Assembly (NCBI RefSeq): GCF_009914755.1
Contig: NC_060937.1
DNA: 64,000 bases
Strand: one strand, 5' to 3'
DNA from: the human T2T-CHM13v2.0 reference genome, Homo sapiens
The notes beneath the pieces are model-generated. The model was not told where the DNA came from. It was given only the letters and a program-made list of their open reading frames with translations, and searched no databases. A program made the position numbers and the translations under genes. Numbering within the stretch: the first letter of the stretch is position 1; each line of letters opens with the position of its first letter. Below are positions 40,301-55,299 of this stretch, piece after piece.

Positions 40301-41399
40301 TTCCACACTTATTTCTCTGGCCTCTCCTGTTGAAAAATAAAACTCAGTTAATGTTTGTTGAAGCTCACATGTTTTAAATCTTTGTGCTATAAATTATGTT
40401 CCTATGACCAATAGGGTGCATCACACCAGAGCATGTTAAAAGTGTAGAATATAGGACCTTACTCAAATCTGCTTAATCATTTGGGTTAAGTGGTATTACC
40501 TGGTCCCATCAACTATGACTGGTATTTCAGAGTTCTATTGGGCAATGTATGCCAGAGTGTTCCCAAGGAAATATCTTTGGCTATCTAGTTCACAGGATTT
40601 GTGCATGTGGTGACCATATTCAAAATTTTGTGGAACCCTCTCGAATACAACAAATGACTACAATATGTGAGAGAATACCATCAATGGCATGAAAGAATGG
40701 TTTACATTTGTATCAATGCTGAGAAGAGTAAGCTAATTCTATCAGGGCCAGTAGATTCTGTTGAGAATATTGTGAAAACGTTGACAAAAAAGGCATTGAA
40801 CAAATCACCTTGCCATAGATGAATATTTTCCAAAAGCAGTAATTGCTTAATTATGCTAGTAAAAATATGTATTAAAAAAAGATTTGTGAAAGTCTCAGCT
40901 GCTTGAAATATTTGATTTTTTGTCCTTAGTTGATTATTAAATTCAACAAATATGATTGTGCCAAAACTAATCAGTTTGAGAAGCACAGTAAAAAAGTGCC
41001 AAATATTAGATGAATTCCTCATCTCTTTATATTTAATGTTCACTCTTCTATTAGAGTAAAATAAGTCCTAGATTCTTATTAATTAAATGAGTATTGATTA
41101 ATTATACAACATTGTTCTCTGAAGTCAGTATATAAGGAGAGATGATTGTGTTTATTGTGCTGACAACAAAAAGGGAGACAACACAGTGAATTTCACACGC
41201 CAAGAGTCTTCATGCAGGAATCAAAATCACCTCTCCAACTCCCTTATCTTTTCTCATCACTTCTCCATATGGCACTTATCATTGTTTAGTACACCAGACT
41301 CTTTCGTGTCTTCTTGCTTTTGCCCAAACTGAATCCTTAGCCAAGAACATCCTCCTCTTCCCTTCTTCATTCACATCTCCCAGCTTGAGATTCTCATCA

Positions 41400-41690
41400 T
41401 CATTTTTTAAGACATGAATCACATAAAAGTTTATCTATGTGTCTTTTCTCAAGAATCAAGGTCAATGTATTCTGTGTTGCTATATAGAGAAGTTGGTATA
41501 TATTGCTATTATAGCATTGATCTTATTATATTGTAATGCAATGTTATGTGCTTGCTTCTCACACTAGCCCAGACATTTTTCCAGGATAGAGACAGTAGAC
41601 CATTCATTCTGGAGCTCCACTTGCACTCAGCTAAATCCACAGCATGCTCACAACAATGCTTTTTGAATGAAGGAATAAATTTTTCATTGA
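41400..41690 (+). mobile_element. L2 3' fragment
   Basis: Ends ATGCTCACAACAATGCTTTTGAATGAAGGAATAAAT; CCAGGATAGAGAC phrase upstream. Confidence 0.55.
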
Positions 41691-41764
41691 TTGGACATTA
41701 AGATAAATTCATACATGTAAAGTCATCCTTTTTTTATTCATGCACCACAGCATCAACAAAAACA

Positions 41765-41978
41765 CGCATTTATTGAGGGCTTATCTAGTGTTAGGCACTG
41801 GACTAATGGCTTTACATTCATTATTTATCTCGTTAATGCTCACAACAATTCTCTGAGGTAGGTACGATTATTACCCCCATTTTAAGATAAGGAAACTGAA
41901 CAGGAGAGATCACACATTTGCAAATGGGAGTGTCAAGATAAAATCTCAGATCATCTGACTCAAGCGCTTGCCCTCTGA
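41765..41978 (-). mobile_element. MIR SINE (MIRb-like)
   Basis: CATTTATTGAGGGCTTA..AGGCACTG..CTCACAACAATTCTCTGAGGTAGGTA..CCCCATTTTAAGATAAGGAAACTGA..TCTGACTC. Confidence 0.9.
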
Positions 41979-44455
41979 ATACACAAAAAAACAGCCTCTT
42001 ACATGATTGATACGAGGGCTAATAAAATGTTTTGGCTAGTGGCATAAGTAACAAAATATCTAAAAATAATCTCCTATTAACTGCAAAAATAAATGACTCC
42101 CCATCTGAAAGTTTTCACTGCTTTCATCCCTCCCAGCCTGCACTATATTTATTAATGCATTATGCTTGCTTGATATAAAGAGAATCCATTATTTGCTATG
42201 GTATTATTCTATTTATATATAACTAGCTCACCACAATATAGTCCTAATTTATCAACTGTCCTACACTTAAATTTTTTTATGATGAATGTATTTTACTTTG
42301 CTTTTAAAATCATTTCCATTTGTTTTGTAAGATCATGGAATATAAAATTGGTTGAATTTTTAAACTTATTCCTTGAATAAAAGCAGTGGCTATTGTTTAT
42401 ATTTTAAAATAATGCTTTGATTATCATCCTAATCCTTCATTTAAAATTTACAAAGACAGCACTGATTTTTTGCAAACACCCAGTAAAGATACCGCATCCT
42501 AAAATTAACTTTTGTTTTTGTGAATGCATATGAAATTCAGTTATATCAATATTATGCCTTTGGTGTTTCTAAATTAATAAGAGAAAGGTAAATTGAGATG
42601 AAATTTAAAATTCAATCATCCATAGAAATCACAACAGTGTTAACCTATGGGGCATAGAGATTGACCTTAATGAAAAATGAGGAAACTTTTTAGGGTGAAG
42701 AACAGGCTTTACACTTTGATTTGTTTGTTGGTCATCCAAAAACATATGTTTCATTCTCATTTGTCCTTCATTAGATTGTATTTTATTTCCCTATCTCCTT
42801 GAACTGGATTTTTTTGTACAATATGTTTTTAACATTAGATTATTACTAACTCTATGTCATGTAGTCTGAATTGGTTTATATTATTAGAGCCAAATTTGAA
42901 TGTATCTTAATTAAGTATCTTAAAAGAGTATAAAAGAATACTAAATACAAAACTTCCATCCATATTACAAAAGGTATAAGCTAGGGCTTTTATATGAGCA
43001 ATAATAAATTATTTTCTTGGGATGTTAAAATTATTTCCCTATTTCAAGATTACGTAAAGAGACAACAATATTTTTGTTGCTTCAGATAAGACTCAAAGTT
43101 GCCATGATATGAATATGACCATTTATAATACTAACATATTTGCAAGACAGTATGACCTGGACTATTCAAGTTTGAAAAAGAAGTGAAAAACCTTATGCTC
43201 TCCTCCTCCCTAGTGTGGGAAATCTGACTTCTCCCTTCAGGTATTACAGAATGCATTTATTGATTCGTTGGCACTTTCATGGACATAAGCAGACAACCAC
43301 GGTATGCCAGATGCTGCACTAAGTCCTGCAGCCATCCAGACAAATCCCACATTACCCAGTCCACAAGGAATTCAACGACTAGTGGGAAAATAATAATAAT
43401 AATAATTCTACAACAACTTCTACAAAAATTAAAAAGTAAAAAACTAAGACCATTTTACTTACTGGGGATTTTTCAAACATTGGCCCTTTAAATAATACGA
43501 AGCCACATTTACAATATTATTTTTGTCTAAATTTATAAGAACAATATTCCTACTCAATAGAAACACTATTCCTATTCAATGAAGGTATAGTTTTGTGAGG
43601 AGATAGCTACAAGCAACTGAATTTGTTATAATTTGATTAATTCTGTAATGGTGTATATGCCTTTTGACTTTTATACTTAAAGACTAATTTTAATGCAACA
43701 TTTACTGTAAAATAAAATTACCACCCAAACTGTATTTCAACTACATTTAACGTGCATTGACTTTTTGACAGGCTGTTTTCCAAATATTTGAAAACATTTC
43801 ACAGAAAGACTTCAGTTTTACCTTGTTTTTTGCAATAATCAATTCTCTCCTATTACATATGACTTGAACATATTTATTTAAAAGTATACTGAGGAAAGTA
43901 GAATATTAACCTGTAGTTCAGAATGTGACATGTCTGTTCTCATGCTAATACCATGTCTGGTTATTTTTGAGTGTTTTCAGACTGTTGAAATGGAATCTGT
44001 TCATTCTGGCTTGAATTCTGGTACATTCAGTAGATGCCAAGCAGCAGTGTACTAGTCGGAATGCATGCAGGTGGCTCTATCAAATAATATTTTTCTAAAA
44101 TTTTCAGTGAACAGAAATAGAAGAGAAATATATTTCCTCTTGAATTTGCTTATCTTGAATATCAGATGATAGTCTTATAATTTATCCAAACAGTTACATA
44201 ATTGCTAGACATTTTGTTTTGTTTTGATATGATTTGATTTGGGGACTATACCTTGTTCTTCTGTTTCTTTTAATTGCCTTTAAGATTTATTTATTAGCTT
44301 AGTCTGATACATTTCTGGACCAAATATTGTTTATTAGTTTGGAAAAGATCTAAATTCAGTGTTGTTTTAAATCAAATAGCTCAGGTTTCTCAAATTCCAA
44401 ATAAATGAAATTCTGAAGGAGGTATGGAAATGCATGAAGGAAATTGATAACATTC

Positions 44456-44877
44456 TGTAGGGGATTCTCTAATGTACTGCTCCTTTAGGACCAAAGGACA
44501 CATTCCTCCTGCTGGTGGAAATGTTGCTGGCAGATGGCTGAGCTGACAGTCTTCTTCAAATTCTCTTGCTTGACTAATATCATGCTCCTCAAAGTCAGGC
44601 TACTTCCCAGGACAGCCTACATTCAATAACTAATTCTTGTGCTCATATAGCCATCTACCCTCCTTGTTGTCACTTAATACAACTCTAAGGGTTCATCCCA
44701 GCTTCAGAGCTACCTTGCAAGACATCTGAGGTCTTCACTGTGACAGAATTACTGCTTAACTTCACCCTCGGTCCAATTCTGCTTCTGCCTTTCCATTCTT
44801 CCGGTGTTAATCTCCAGAGTGCATACTAAAATTTCTCTTTTTCAAAGCTTGCTTACAGGGAAACACTATCTGAGACA
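44456..44877 (+). mobile_element. LTR16-like ERV-L solo LTR
   Basis: TGT...GACA termini. GGCTACTTCCCAGGACAGCCTACATTCAATAACT and CCCAGCTTCAGAGCT recall LTR16. GC-richer than its flanks. Confidence 0.7.
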
Positions 44878-45487
44878 AGCTCTTTCCAGCAAACTCTAAG
44901 AGAGGATCAATTGGCTTTAATGTTACCTAGAAAAACCTAAGTTAGTCTGTGACCTAACATATTAATGAAGAAACAAGCTCCATTCTCTGCCAATAATGTA
45001 ATACAATCTAAAGTCCGCTTAAGCATGTGAAGGAAGTTGGTTTTTCTCATTCCTTAGATATTCTAATTAATCAAACAATGCAAGAGGGATTTACTTAGAA
45101 GGCTATGAAAAAATGGCAATATAGGGAAAAAAAAGTGACAACTGTTCAAGAGAACCATAATATTTTAGAGCAGATTAGTAGGATTAGAGTGCCTATAGTA
45201 AAATCACTGCACATGCACACAATGATCCTTTTTTACCTTGGGCAAAGCTACCAAGTAGTCAATGCTTTTTTTTTTTTTTCTCTCTCCTCCTCTTTAAAAA
45301 TATGTTTTTTTTCCTTATGTGTCTCTTCCATGGTTAGTTAATAAAAAGGAGAAGGAAAGTTAGAGATGAAGTAGAATTCAAAAACACAAAACACACAAAT
45401 TTGAAGAGGATGGTAGTTTTAAGTTATATTATTCAGTTCCTTTATCTTAAAAATGAAAGGTTTCATATCCTGAATAGCTAAGTTTTA

Positions 45488-45815
<328 letters not shown>

Positions 45816-45936
45816 GAGAAAGACATGGTACTAGAACTAGAAGTTGGTATTAAAAAAAAAACAACAAAAAACTGTGTTACTTTATTGCCAAAGCTTTTGG
45901 ACACTAAACTTGCATATTTTTACAAACTGCCCTCAA

Positions 45937-46099
45937 TTTTTTTTTTTTTTTTTTTTAGGCAGAATCTGTGTTGTGCAGACTGGAGTACAGTGGCTTGATC
46001 TTGGCTCACTTCAACCTCTGCCTTCTGGGTTCAAACAATTCTAGTGCCTCAGCCTCCCAAGTAGCTAGGATTACAGGCATGCCCCACCACACCCGGCTA
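45937..46099 (-). mobile_element. Alu right arm only (5'-truncated Alu or FRAM)
   Basis: T tail and antisense right monomer ending CCCGGCTA. TSD TGCCC(T/C)CAATT. Confidence 0.92.
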
Positions 46100-46920
46100 T
46101 GCCCCCAATTATAAGATCCTGCAGTATTGGGGGGGTAGATACCATATGAAAATATTTTTGTGGCAGTTTGAAACGTTCTATAAAGAAGTAGGTATAAATG
46201 TGCCTTTTATAGTAGTAGGTAAAACCTATAATAAAAAAAATCGTACATGAGTGTACCTGCTATATTTCATTAACATGCTATCACTTTTAATTATTTCCAA
46301 GTTTGGGTTTTAGTTTTGACTATGGGGAACATATACTGACAATTAAACTTCTTGAATCACATAACTAATAATAGAACACTCCACCATAGAAAAATATATG
46401 CACTATTACTTTTTTATTACACATTTTAGGTGTCAGTTTTATTAAGGAAAACAAATATTATTAATAATTTAGAAATGTTACTAATAAAGAATCATTTTAT
46501 AATTGCAACAAGGCATAGCATACCATGAGGTAAAGTTGATTAATATCTTTCTATGCAGATGGGAGGCAACAAAGAAGTGCATTAATCAAAACTACAGCAT
46601 TGCTTGTCATGTTCTATTGCTTAAGTATTCCACAGATCACTCTAGCCATTAAATTCTCAATAAATCTAAATAACGTGTTGTATTAAATTAATTCACTTCT
46701 TAGGGAACCGGTTCTATAGACATTAATTGTATATGTGTGGACTGAAAATGTATTTGCCTCAGAGTTGTTTGACCATTTACAACTCAGGCCATATTTATAT
46801 TGCCTGCTGTTGGCCTGTTACAAATCACGCAATACACACTATTTAGAATATAGCCATACTCTATGAGAATAGATTGCACAAATCATTTAAGCCTCGGAGT
46901 GGAAGACACAGTTCTCATCT

Positions 46921-47456
46921 TATGAGTGACTATTTTTGTGCATTTGGAATGCATCAACTAGGCTAGGCTGAACTACATAGCCTAGTATTCCTTTCTCTGT
47001 CTGTTTCCAATTAGAATGGGCTACAAGAGATTCTTGTGTGATATTTAGAAGGTGGAAGTGAGGCAACAGCCATGTCATAGCTCCAACACATTTATGGGTT
47101 GGCTCATCTCCTTGGTGAGGGTTAGTACGTGGCTTGCAAATGCTCAATCTGCCCATGTCTGTTTTCATCTTCTCATTTTCCAGGGCCAGTTCTGTGTTTA
47201 GCTCCATGACAAGGGCACCAACTTCTTCCACAGGGCACCCAGGTCAGTAAGCTTAGAGGCAATGAGAACTGCCTGCTTCTGCTCATGTGTTCCAGCTTGT
47301 CCTTGCTCTATCTCAGTTTATATTCTTCTTTCTTCCAACTGACTGTTTTAAACTCCAGCATCAGATGGGAAGACAACAACCTTACAGAGACTGCCTAAGC
47401 AGATCAGACAAGTGCTTAATGTCAAATCCCTATAACAATCCCTATTTCTTTTTCTT

Positions 47457-47552
<96 letters not shown>

Positions 47553-47575
47553 TAAATATGTGGAGCTTCACTGAT
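46921..47575 (+). mobile_element. LTR41-like ERV-L solo LTR
   Basis: CATCAACTAGGCTAGGCTGAACTACAT..GGGCTACAAGAGA..GAAGGTGGAAGTGAGGCAACAGCCAT recalls LTR41; CAAATCCCTATAACAATCCC near the 3' end. Confidence 0.7.
47461..47547. repeat. Compound (CT)n(AT)n microsatellite
   Basis: About 22 TC units followed directly by about 21 TA units. Confidence 0.97.
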
Positions 47576-50500
47576 AAAAGCTATCCTAAAGTTAAGCAAA
47601 AGGGTTTAGACTTTAGGGAAAGAAGGCAAAAATACAAAACAAAAACAAAAGAAAAAGCTAAAACTTTCACTGGTTTCTTCATCCTGAAGGTAATCAAAGA
47701 AATGTCCCACATCTACAGATAATCCTGAGGGATAGTAATCATCATGTATAACTGAATAGATATTTACTTTTCTAAAGCAGAAAGTTTCAAACATTATTTT
47801 ATTGCAAATCTGTATCAGTAAATTTACGGATAGACTATAGTATATGCATATTTATTTTATGCATTATTCACATGCAATCATATCTATCTCTATATTAACA
47901 TTTTACAGATGTTTTTAAATTTTTAGATACAAGTAACTAGATACTAAAAGACCAGAATTTTCTCTCTATGCCAGATTTCATCTTGTGCACCCAATACTAC
48001 TTGTATGCCAATTATTTAGGATGGGGCAATTTTTAATTTTACAGACTAGTTCATAAATTGGTATGCCTGCTCTTCACTAAATCCCAGTAGATTTCTCACC
48101 TAATCATTGAAATAATCAAAAGCATCCTTGATGTCTATTTTTCCCCTAGGTTAGCAGTACTGCACCTAGATGAGATGCTAACACTGATATAGAGATCCAC
48201 ATAAGAACAGCTAAGGTGTGGCAATCTGATCACATTTGCTTGTAATTATATTCCCAGCTATAGGTATACTCAGTTGGTGGGGTTGTTCCCATTGATAAAA
48301 TGTATGTTCTCCTTCATTTACAGAGTCCTCAATGAACTAGACATTTCATGGTATAATGGCACTAACATAATGCACAAATTCAAAACGAGTTGAAAAAAGA
48401 ATTGGGTGCAGGGAACACACAATGTTAATTGTAAAAATTGTAAAATATGGTAAGAGTCTCAGTAAAACGAGGAAAACTTTCATTTTCCAACTCATTGTTA
48501 TAGCATTATGCGGAACAAACTTCATTTCCCGTGTTGCAAGTAAGTTAATTCTTTTCATCAATTAACCTTTGCTTGAGGGTACCCTGGTGAAGCAAAACTG
48601 CAAATGACTTTTGTAGCAACCCACATTCAAATCCAAAAGCATGATATGGTCAAATTTTGTGTTAAAAATACACACAAAATTTACAACTATGTTTATAAAT
48701 TTTATATAGTTATGTTTACAAAATTAACCAGTGTTTTATTGTATAACAAGAACAAAATCTAAATAACAATTACAATTGCCTTCCAAAGCACAGGAACAAC
48801 ATATATAATTATTTTGCATAAATAATCAATTTTAAAACCCACTGAACTCTGCATTTTCTGGCTCAAAAGATAATTATAATTTATAAAGTAGTTCCTTATT
48901 ATGCAATTCATTTAACTGTTCTTGTAAATATTTCTGTTGCAAATGAAATTTTATTGGTTTATGGAGGAGAAAAAAAATAATGGCAAAGTTTTCTAAACTT
49001 TTGGCTTAAAGTCATTTCCAAGATATATTTCCACTGTCAGGGTTTATCACCAATTTTCATAATTGATGTTTCATCTATAATACCACAGCTTTTTTCATAC
49101 GATATAGATAATTAGCTAGCCCTGACTTCCAGCTGATTATTTCTGTCCTCGGAGGAACCTCATGGTATAATAGACAAAATGTCAAGAGTAATTAGGAATA
49201 ATGATGGTGGCAACTATGCTATCAAATGACATGCATCCAGGACTGATTATTTTATGCCTTGCCTTTGAAGAAGCTATTTAATGCTTTAAAAATACCTATG
49301 CTTTAATTTTTCATGATGCAAAAATAGCAAGATTCTGAAAAATAACAGAATGCCTCTATATTTATATATATCATGCCCACTAAGCCTGGGTTAACTTATT
49401 CATTTTCATATTTAATGAGGTAAAATCAATCCAGCCACAAATACCCTGCAGACTTAGCAGATTACAGTATTCTTGCATAAGAATAATTTTGATGTCTTCC
49501 ATATGATCTTTTAAAAGCTAATGTTACTATTTATCACACTGTATAAAGTCAATAAAAATAATGGTTTTCTTTAGCTTTGTCTGGGATTTGATACATTTGT
49601 CTTTATGATACTAATATATGTGTTTTTACTTTTTAGGTAACCTAACTTTTCCAGGACATTTCCCAATAGTGGTTCCACAAGGTGATTTAGCTGAGGAGAG
49701 AAAAGCAATGTGTAGTTTCATGTTATTTTCATTCTAATTCACCTAGTGTTATTTCTGCCAAATTATATAGAAACCATTTATGTTAATCCTGTCATACACT
49801 GTGGATCATGAAGAAATTACCATTTACATTTAAGACTGATAAATAATTATCAAAATATAAATGCATTTCATAATATCATGTGTATCAAATCTCATAGTAT
49901 CTAGCATAATACTTTTATTTGCACTTCCCTACAGTTTTGAAAGTGTTAATATTGTTACATTACTATTACAATAACCTCTTTGGTCCACTTAATGTCTCTC
50001 TAAGGAAATGCAAGAATTTTGTCTAATATTATAAGTAAAAACCGTGTGCTTCAGAGGATAAATGATTTATCTAAGGTCATACAGTTAGTACATATAAATA
50101 CTATTAAAAATGAAAGCCAGTCTTTTTAGAATTTCTATTATATTAATCCAAATCCTACTCCAACTCCTCTAATATCATATTATTTGTAGAAGAAAGTCAG
50201 ATTGATAAACTTTTCAAATATTCTCATTAGTTCACATTGTAAAAGAAAGCTCCTGAAATATAACTATTTAATTTCACAAAATAAACACCTAAATTTTACA
50301 TAATATAATGAAACATGAAATTGACAATCCCAGTTTTAGAAGAATCCGGTTATGCAGTACAAAGACAATAGAAGCTTAGAGAAAACCTGTTTAATTCTTT
50401 TGTATAACCTTCACTCCCAAAGTCCTGTGCATATCACCTTACCTGTCAATCAAAGTCAAGTAGTGTTGAATTTATGAAGTCAATATCCACTTTCGCATCC

Positions 50501-53500
50501 GGAAAGAGTAGAAATGCAACAGCACATAATGTATCATAAGGTTATCTTTTACTGGTCTCTTAGATTCCTGAAAGATTTGTCATGAAAAAGAAAAGGACAC
50601 AAGAAATTTTAATGAAGGGCTGCTGCTCAGTGACGCTTACTCCTGGGACCATACTGTCTAGAAAACAATAAGGAGAGCTGCTTCTATAAATGTGTAACAT
50701 CTCTGAAGATAAAGTAATTCACTGCCACCATCTAAATCCATGCTAATCATATAAAAAGGGAGTAAGGCTGAGAGGAAGAGAATCTAATGCCTCATTTAAT
50801 GAGAAACCCTATTCTTCTCAATCAGTCCATTTCACGCACTATAAGAGGGAGGCTGGTATTGGATTAAGCCTGATGCCACAAAACAGGTTGACAAGATTAC
50901 TGAGATCCTGAGGACTCAGAAACATGCACAGGAGTAGGAGACTAATACAGATCCCTTTCTTCTCTGTTGCCTGGAAAAGAAATTCACATTACCATAAATG
51001 CCACATGTACGCAAGTTGCTTATGCTTAGGATCTGGTTAGAAGGAAGTTTTGAGACTGAAACCTTTACCTATCTTTAGTGTGAGTGCTTTTTTGATTTTG
51101 ATGACTCAAAAAAGAATACATTTGAAAGTTACTGTAATGATACTATAGATGTCACAGTTACCTTCGGCAGATTTTGCTAATGGTTAATAGTTCTAAAATA
51201 GAAAAAACTCATATTAATAAATTAGAAGAACTCAAGGTACATGTTTTTCAGATCTTTATAACATTTTAAGATAATTTTTATATATTTTAAATAATTTTAC
51301 TGATTAATATTTATGATTTTATGTTAGCTTGATGCTATATAGTTGGAAAGTTAATAATTTACAGACTACTTTGTAGTCTAATGGCTGTACTTGACTTTTG
51401 CTACTGCTTGACGGCTAGCAACTTTAATGTTTCTGACTTAAATTAAGAGAAAAAAAAGAGTCAGGTACCTACTCTTGTTTGGTTACTTTTCTGAGGGGTT
51501 CTTTTAACGGAATTCCATGAAGTCGTAATGCCGTCTAACAAGAATATTGATTGTGAAATAGAGCCTTGTTCCATTATCTTCTTAGAGGAAGCCCAGATAG
51601 AGGTGTTTTAAAAAGTTGAGTAGCATTGCTTCTTTGCTCAATATAAGCGTACTGTTAACTCTCTGGAGTACATAAAAGGAAAGTTTTCAGAGGGATTTGC
51701 TACCTAAGCAAATGTTTTCATTTCCACCCTCCACCCACAATTTAAAATAAATGAAGAAATGCTACGGCATCTAATATCCTCTGACTGTGAATGTGTATAT
51801 TTTAATTTAGAGAAACTCTCTAAACCTCTAGATTTTACTTACTAGTTTGGTAACAACTATGAGCAATGAACACTATTGCCTGCTATCTCGAGACCTAGGA
51901 ATTGACAGGTAGTGGTTCTAGAGGTAGCCAGCAATGTCAATTATCTGGCCCCAGTGTCCAGTGAAACTAGCAGACTAAAGCTCAGCAAGTTGTGCCATTG
52001 CATTCTGAGTGTGCTTAGCAAAACTCAGAGGATCTACTTATCCAGTGGACATTATCTTTTGTTATTCGTCATCGTTGCAGTTGGTTATTCCCAAATTCCA
52101 AACATATTATTAGAATTCAGCAACCCTACCATTTTATATTATAATGAAGCATATAGAAAAAGCTATTTATTTTAATAGTCTGTCAACAGAAAATTTCATT
52201 GAACAATTCGAATAATGTGAAGTTCCTAGAAAACATTGGTATATGGGGAAAATGACTTCTGATATCCAAGCAAATATAAACTAGAACTAATTCAAATGTT
52301 TTGAATTCATGACCTGAGGGTTTCTATATTGCAGACTATATTAGAACTTAACCACATATAAAGAGAAAAAAATGTGGCAGTGAGGTGATTTCTGATAGGT
52401 AGGTCAGAGACCTGAATTTACGCTACTTACTCACTACTAAATACTAACTACATTTCTTAGGTTGCTGAAAAGCTTGAAAGACCCAGGTAATTTCTAATTA
52501 GTCAAAGAACTCATTGTCAGTATTTTTGCTGACTCCTAGTAGGAATTATAGAAGTGAAAGTGATGGTCCTTTTATCCTGGCTTGATGACTTATCCACTGA
52601 TAATATACAAGCCAATAAAAAAAATTCATAAAGAGAATGCTTTTTGAATTTTCACCCTGAGAACTACATTGCAACAATTATAAAAATGATTCAAGGCAAT
52701 TTGTGACAATTTTTATGTTACTAAGAGAACACTTTGCTGAGAAATTTGTTAAGCACATTCAAATATGTTTTATTAATTCCTCCCAATTTTTGAACATTTT
52801 AATATTTTGTTTTTCTAATTGGTTCCTTTCAGACATAATTTATTATTAGTTCACTGTTTCCCATTTTAAAGACTTTTCATCAGCTTCAAAATGCCATGTC
52901 CTGAGATGACTCCTATATGTCATGGGCTTCCAGTTTCAGAAAAAACAAAAACAAAAAACAAAAAACGCTTTATGTCTTGGATCTTCCTGGAGTTTTCTTA
53001 GCTCATTTTACAAACCAAATTCTTCTTTTTTGCAAGAGTATCTCAAGAGAATCTTTCTAAAGCCTGTCTTTGTGTCACTAATACTCTATCAAATTAGTTT
53101 TTTGTTCTTCATACAGTTTCAGAGTTACGTGATTTTTAAATATCTATCTACCTATCATCATCAATTAAAATTATTTCATCTTGCAAAATTATGATAATGT
53201 CAGAATTCTAAACAGCTGCTTCATTTCTTAACTTTCCCTTATTGATTCGTCCTACAGAGTATCCGTACTTACACTGGAATGTGCTTTAGGATCTTTCATA
53301 CTTGGTAGAGATTAAACAGGGGGTGGAGCAGACTTGGTCATGAGAAAATGTCATTGAGAAAACCATGAGCAGTTGTGTATGTCAGAATAAGTGGAGTAAA
53401 GAGACTGGAGAAAATAATCACCTTAAGTCATTGATTTTTCCCAGAATCATATCCAAGCCCATGACTTTCTAGGGAGTCAAATTATTCAAAAGGTTGTAAA

Positions 53501-53859
53501 TTACATAGACCTCATCGTTCCGACAATTCACATAATGAGAACATAATTTTGAAATAACACGTTTAACAGATAATTCAAGATTACCTTGTTGTATTTTCCT
53601 ATTGCCATATAAACAAAAATGGAATTACTAAATTGATGTTTCATGAAATTACACAAGCTTTCTTCCCCATGATTATAACGGGTCCTATGCTTTCACTGGA
53701 TCTAGTAGGGCACTTAGCATGGATTATACTCTTAGGAAAAGAGCAAAACAATATGTGCTAAAGTTATGTTTTTGTAAGCAGAGTAGTTACAGGTAATTAC
53801 ACAATTCAAGCAGAGTAGATTCAAAGTTATACAGTTTGTAGAATAGCATAATGCTGTAG

Positions 53860-53990
53860 CAGTGTTGCCAAGAATCTGGAATTTTATTTCTAGCATTAGT
53901 TCTTATTCTAACTACGTGTGTGAACTAGTAACATTGAACTAGTCACATTGCCACTTGTTATAAGTTTTCTCGTCCATAAAATGAGGCACA
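53860..53990 (+). mobile_element. MIR fragment
   Basis: CTAACTACGTGTGTGAAC..AGTTTTCTCGTCCATAAAATGAGG core. Confidence 0.6.
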
Positions 53991-54105
53991 CAGCCTCAAT
54001 TTTGTCAATTTTTTTCTTCTTCTAATATCTACGTTTACCTCAGTTTTTACTTCATTTTGCTTAGGATGGTAGCCTTCAAATTTCTGACCTTTTAATCATA
54101 TTTGA

Positions 54106-54356
<251 letters not shown>

Positions 54357-55299
54357 TAAAAATGTTAGAAAATAATTTAAATGCCCATTTAAATTCATTC
54401 ATTTAAAGGCAGTATTCCCCTGATAAAATACAGGTTAGTGACTAAACATGAACTGTCTTTTAAGTGAATGAAATGAGAAAGCAGTTTTTAAACAAGGGTA
54501 ATCTATACATTTTGTGTTTCTGTTGTGAGAAGTAAATGCTTATCCTAATCCATTTAAGCAAACAGTATTAATGATTAATGAAATTCTTGATCCTGTAACT
54601 AGACCTACAAATTCTTGAATAATTAATAAGGTACTCAACGCTGTACAGAATATGCATCTGCTATGAAATTTGGTATGTGTGTGTAAGTTATTAATATCGA
54701 AAATCTTATACAAAAACAGGAGGGAAAGACTGGGGTCAAAGCAGTATCTATTAAAATATACAAGTTTTTTTTTATTTCTTGTTTTTACAAAAAAGGTAAT
54801 TATGATCAAATAGCAAAAAGAATGACAAATATTTTCTCTATTATGACTTCTCTATGACAAAGGTGAATATCTATTGAGGAAACACTGAATTGTACGTATT
54901 GTTGTGGATTTTAAGAATACTATGAAGTCAAAGAAATATAAGATGAAATAAATATCATAATTGTTCATATTACTTATTGTCTGTGAAATTGAAAGAAAAT
55001 TATTTCAATGTGCAATTTTTTTCTAGGCATTACTTATATGTTCAGTGGAGGCATATACACATTTTGAGAAACCAAATAGGAAAATAAGTTTTTCCAAAAG
55101 TCATTACCATGCCATTTTAAATGCGTAAAAGTTAATTCCTTTCTTGAAATTTTATCTGACATTCTGATTTTTCAGGTATAACTTTAAAAAAAAAATTTAT
55201 GGTAGCCAAGGAGTCATAGAGACTTAGACTTGAGAGGAATTTTTAAAAGCACTTAGCTCAATTTCTTTATTTTAAAAAATAGAGAAATATTAAAAAAAA

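Noticed and set aside
48494-48510. SOX2-OCT4 composite motif (CATTGTTATAGCAT)
   Set aside because: The octamer half does not match ATGCAAAT.
49620-49690. Recursive splice site TTTTTAG|GTAACC (similar at ~55175)
   Set aside because: The reconstituted donor is weak, and such AG|GT joins are expected by chance in T-rich DNA.
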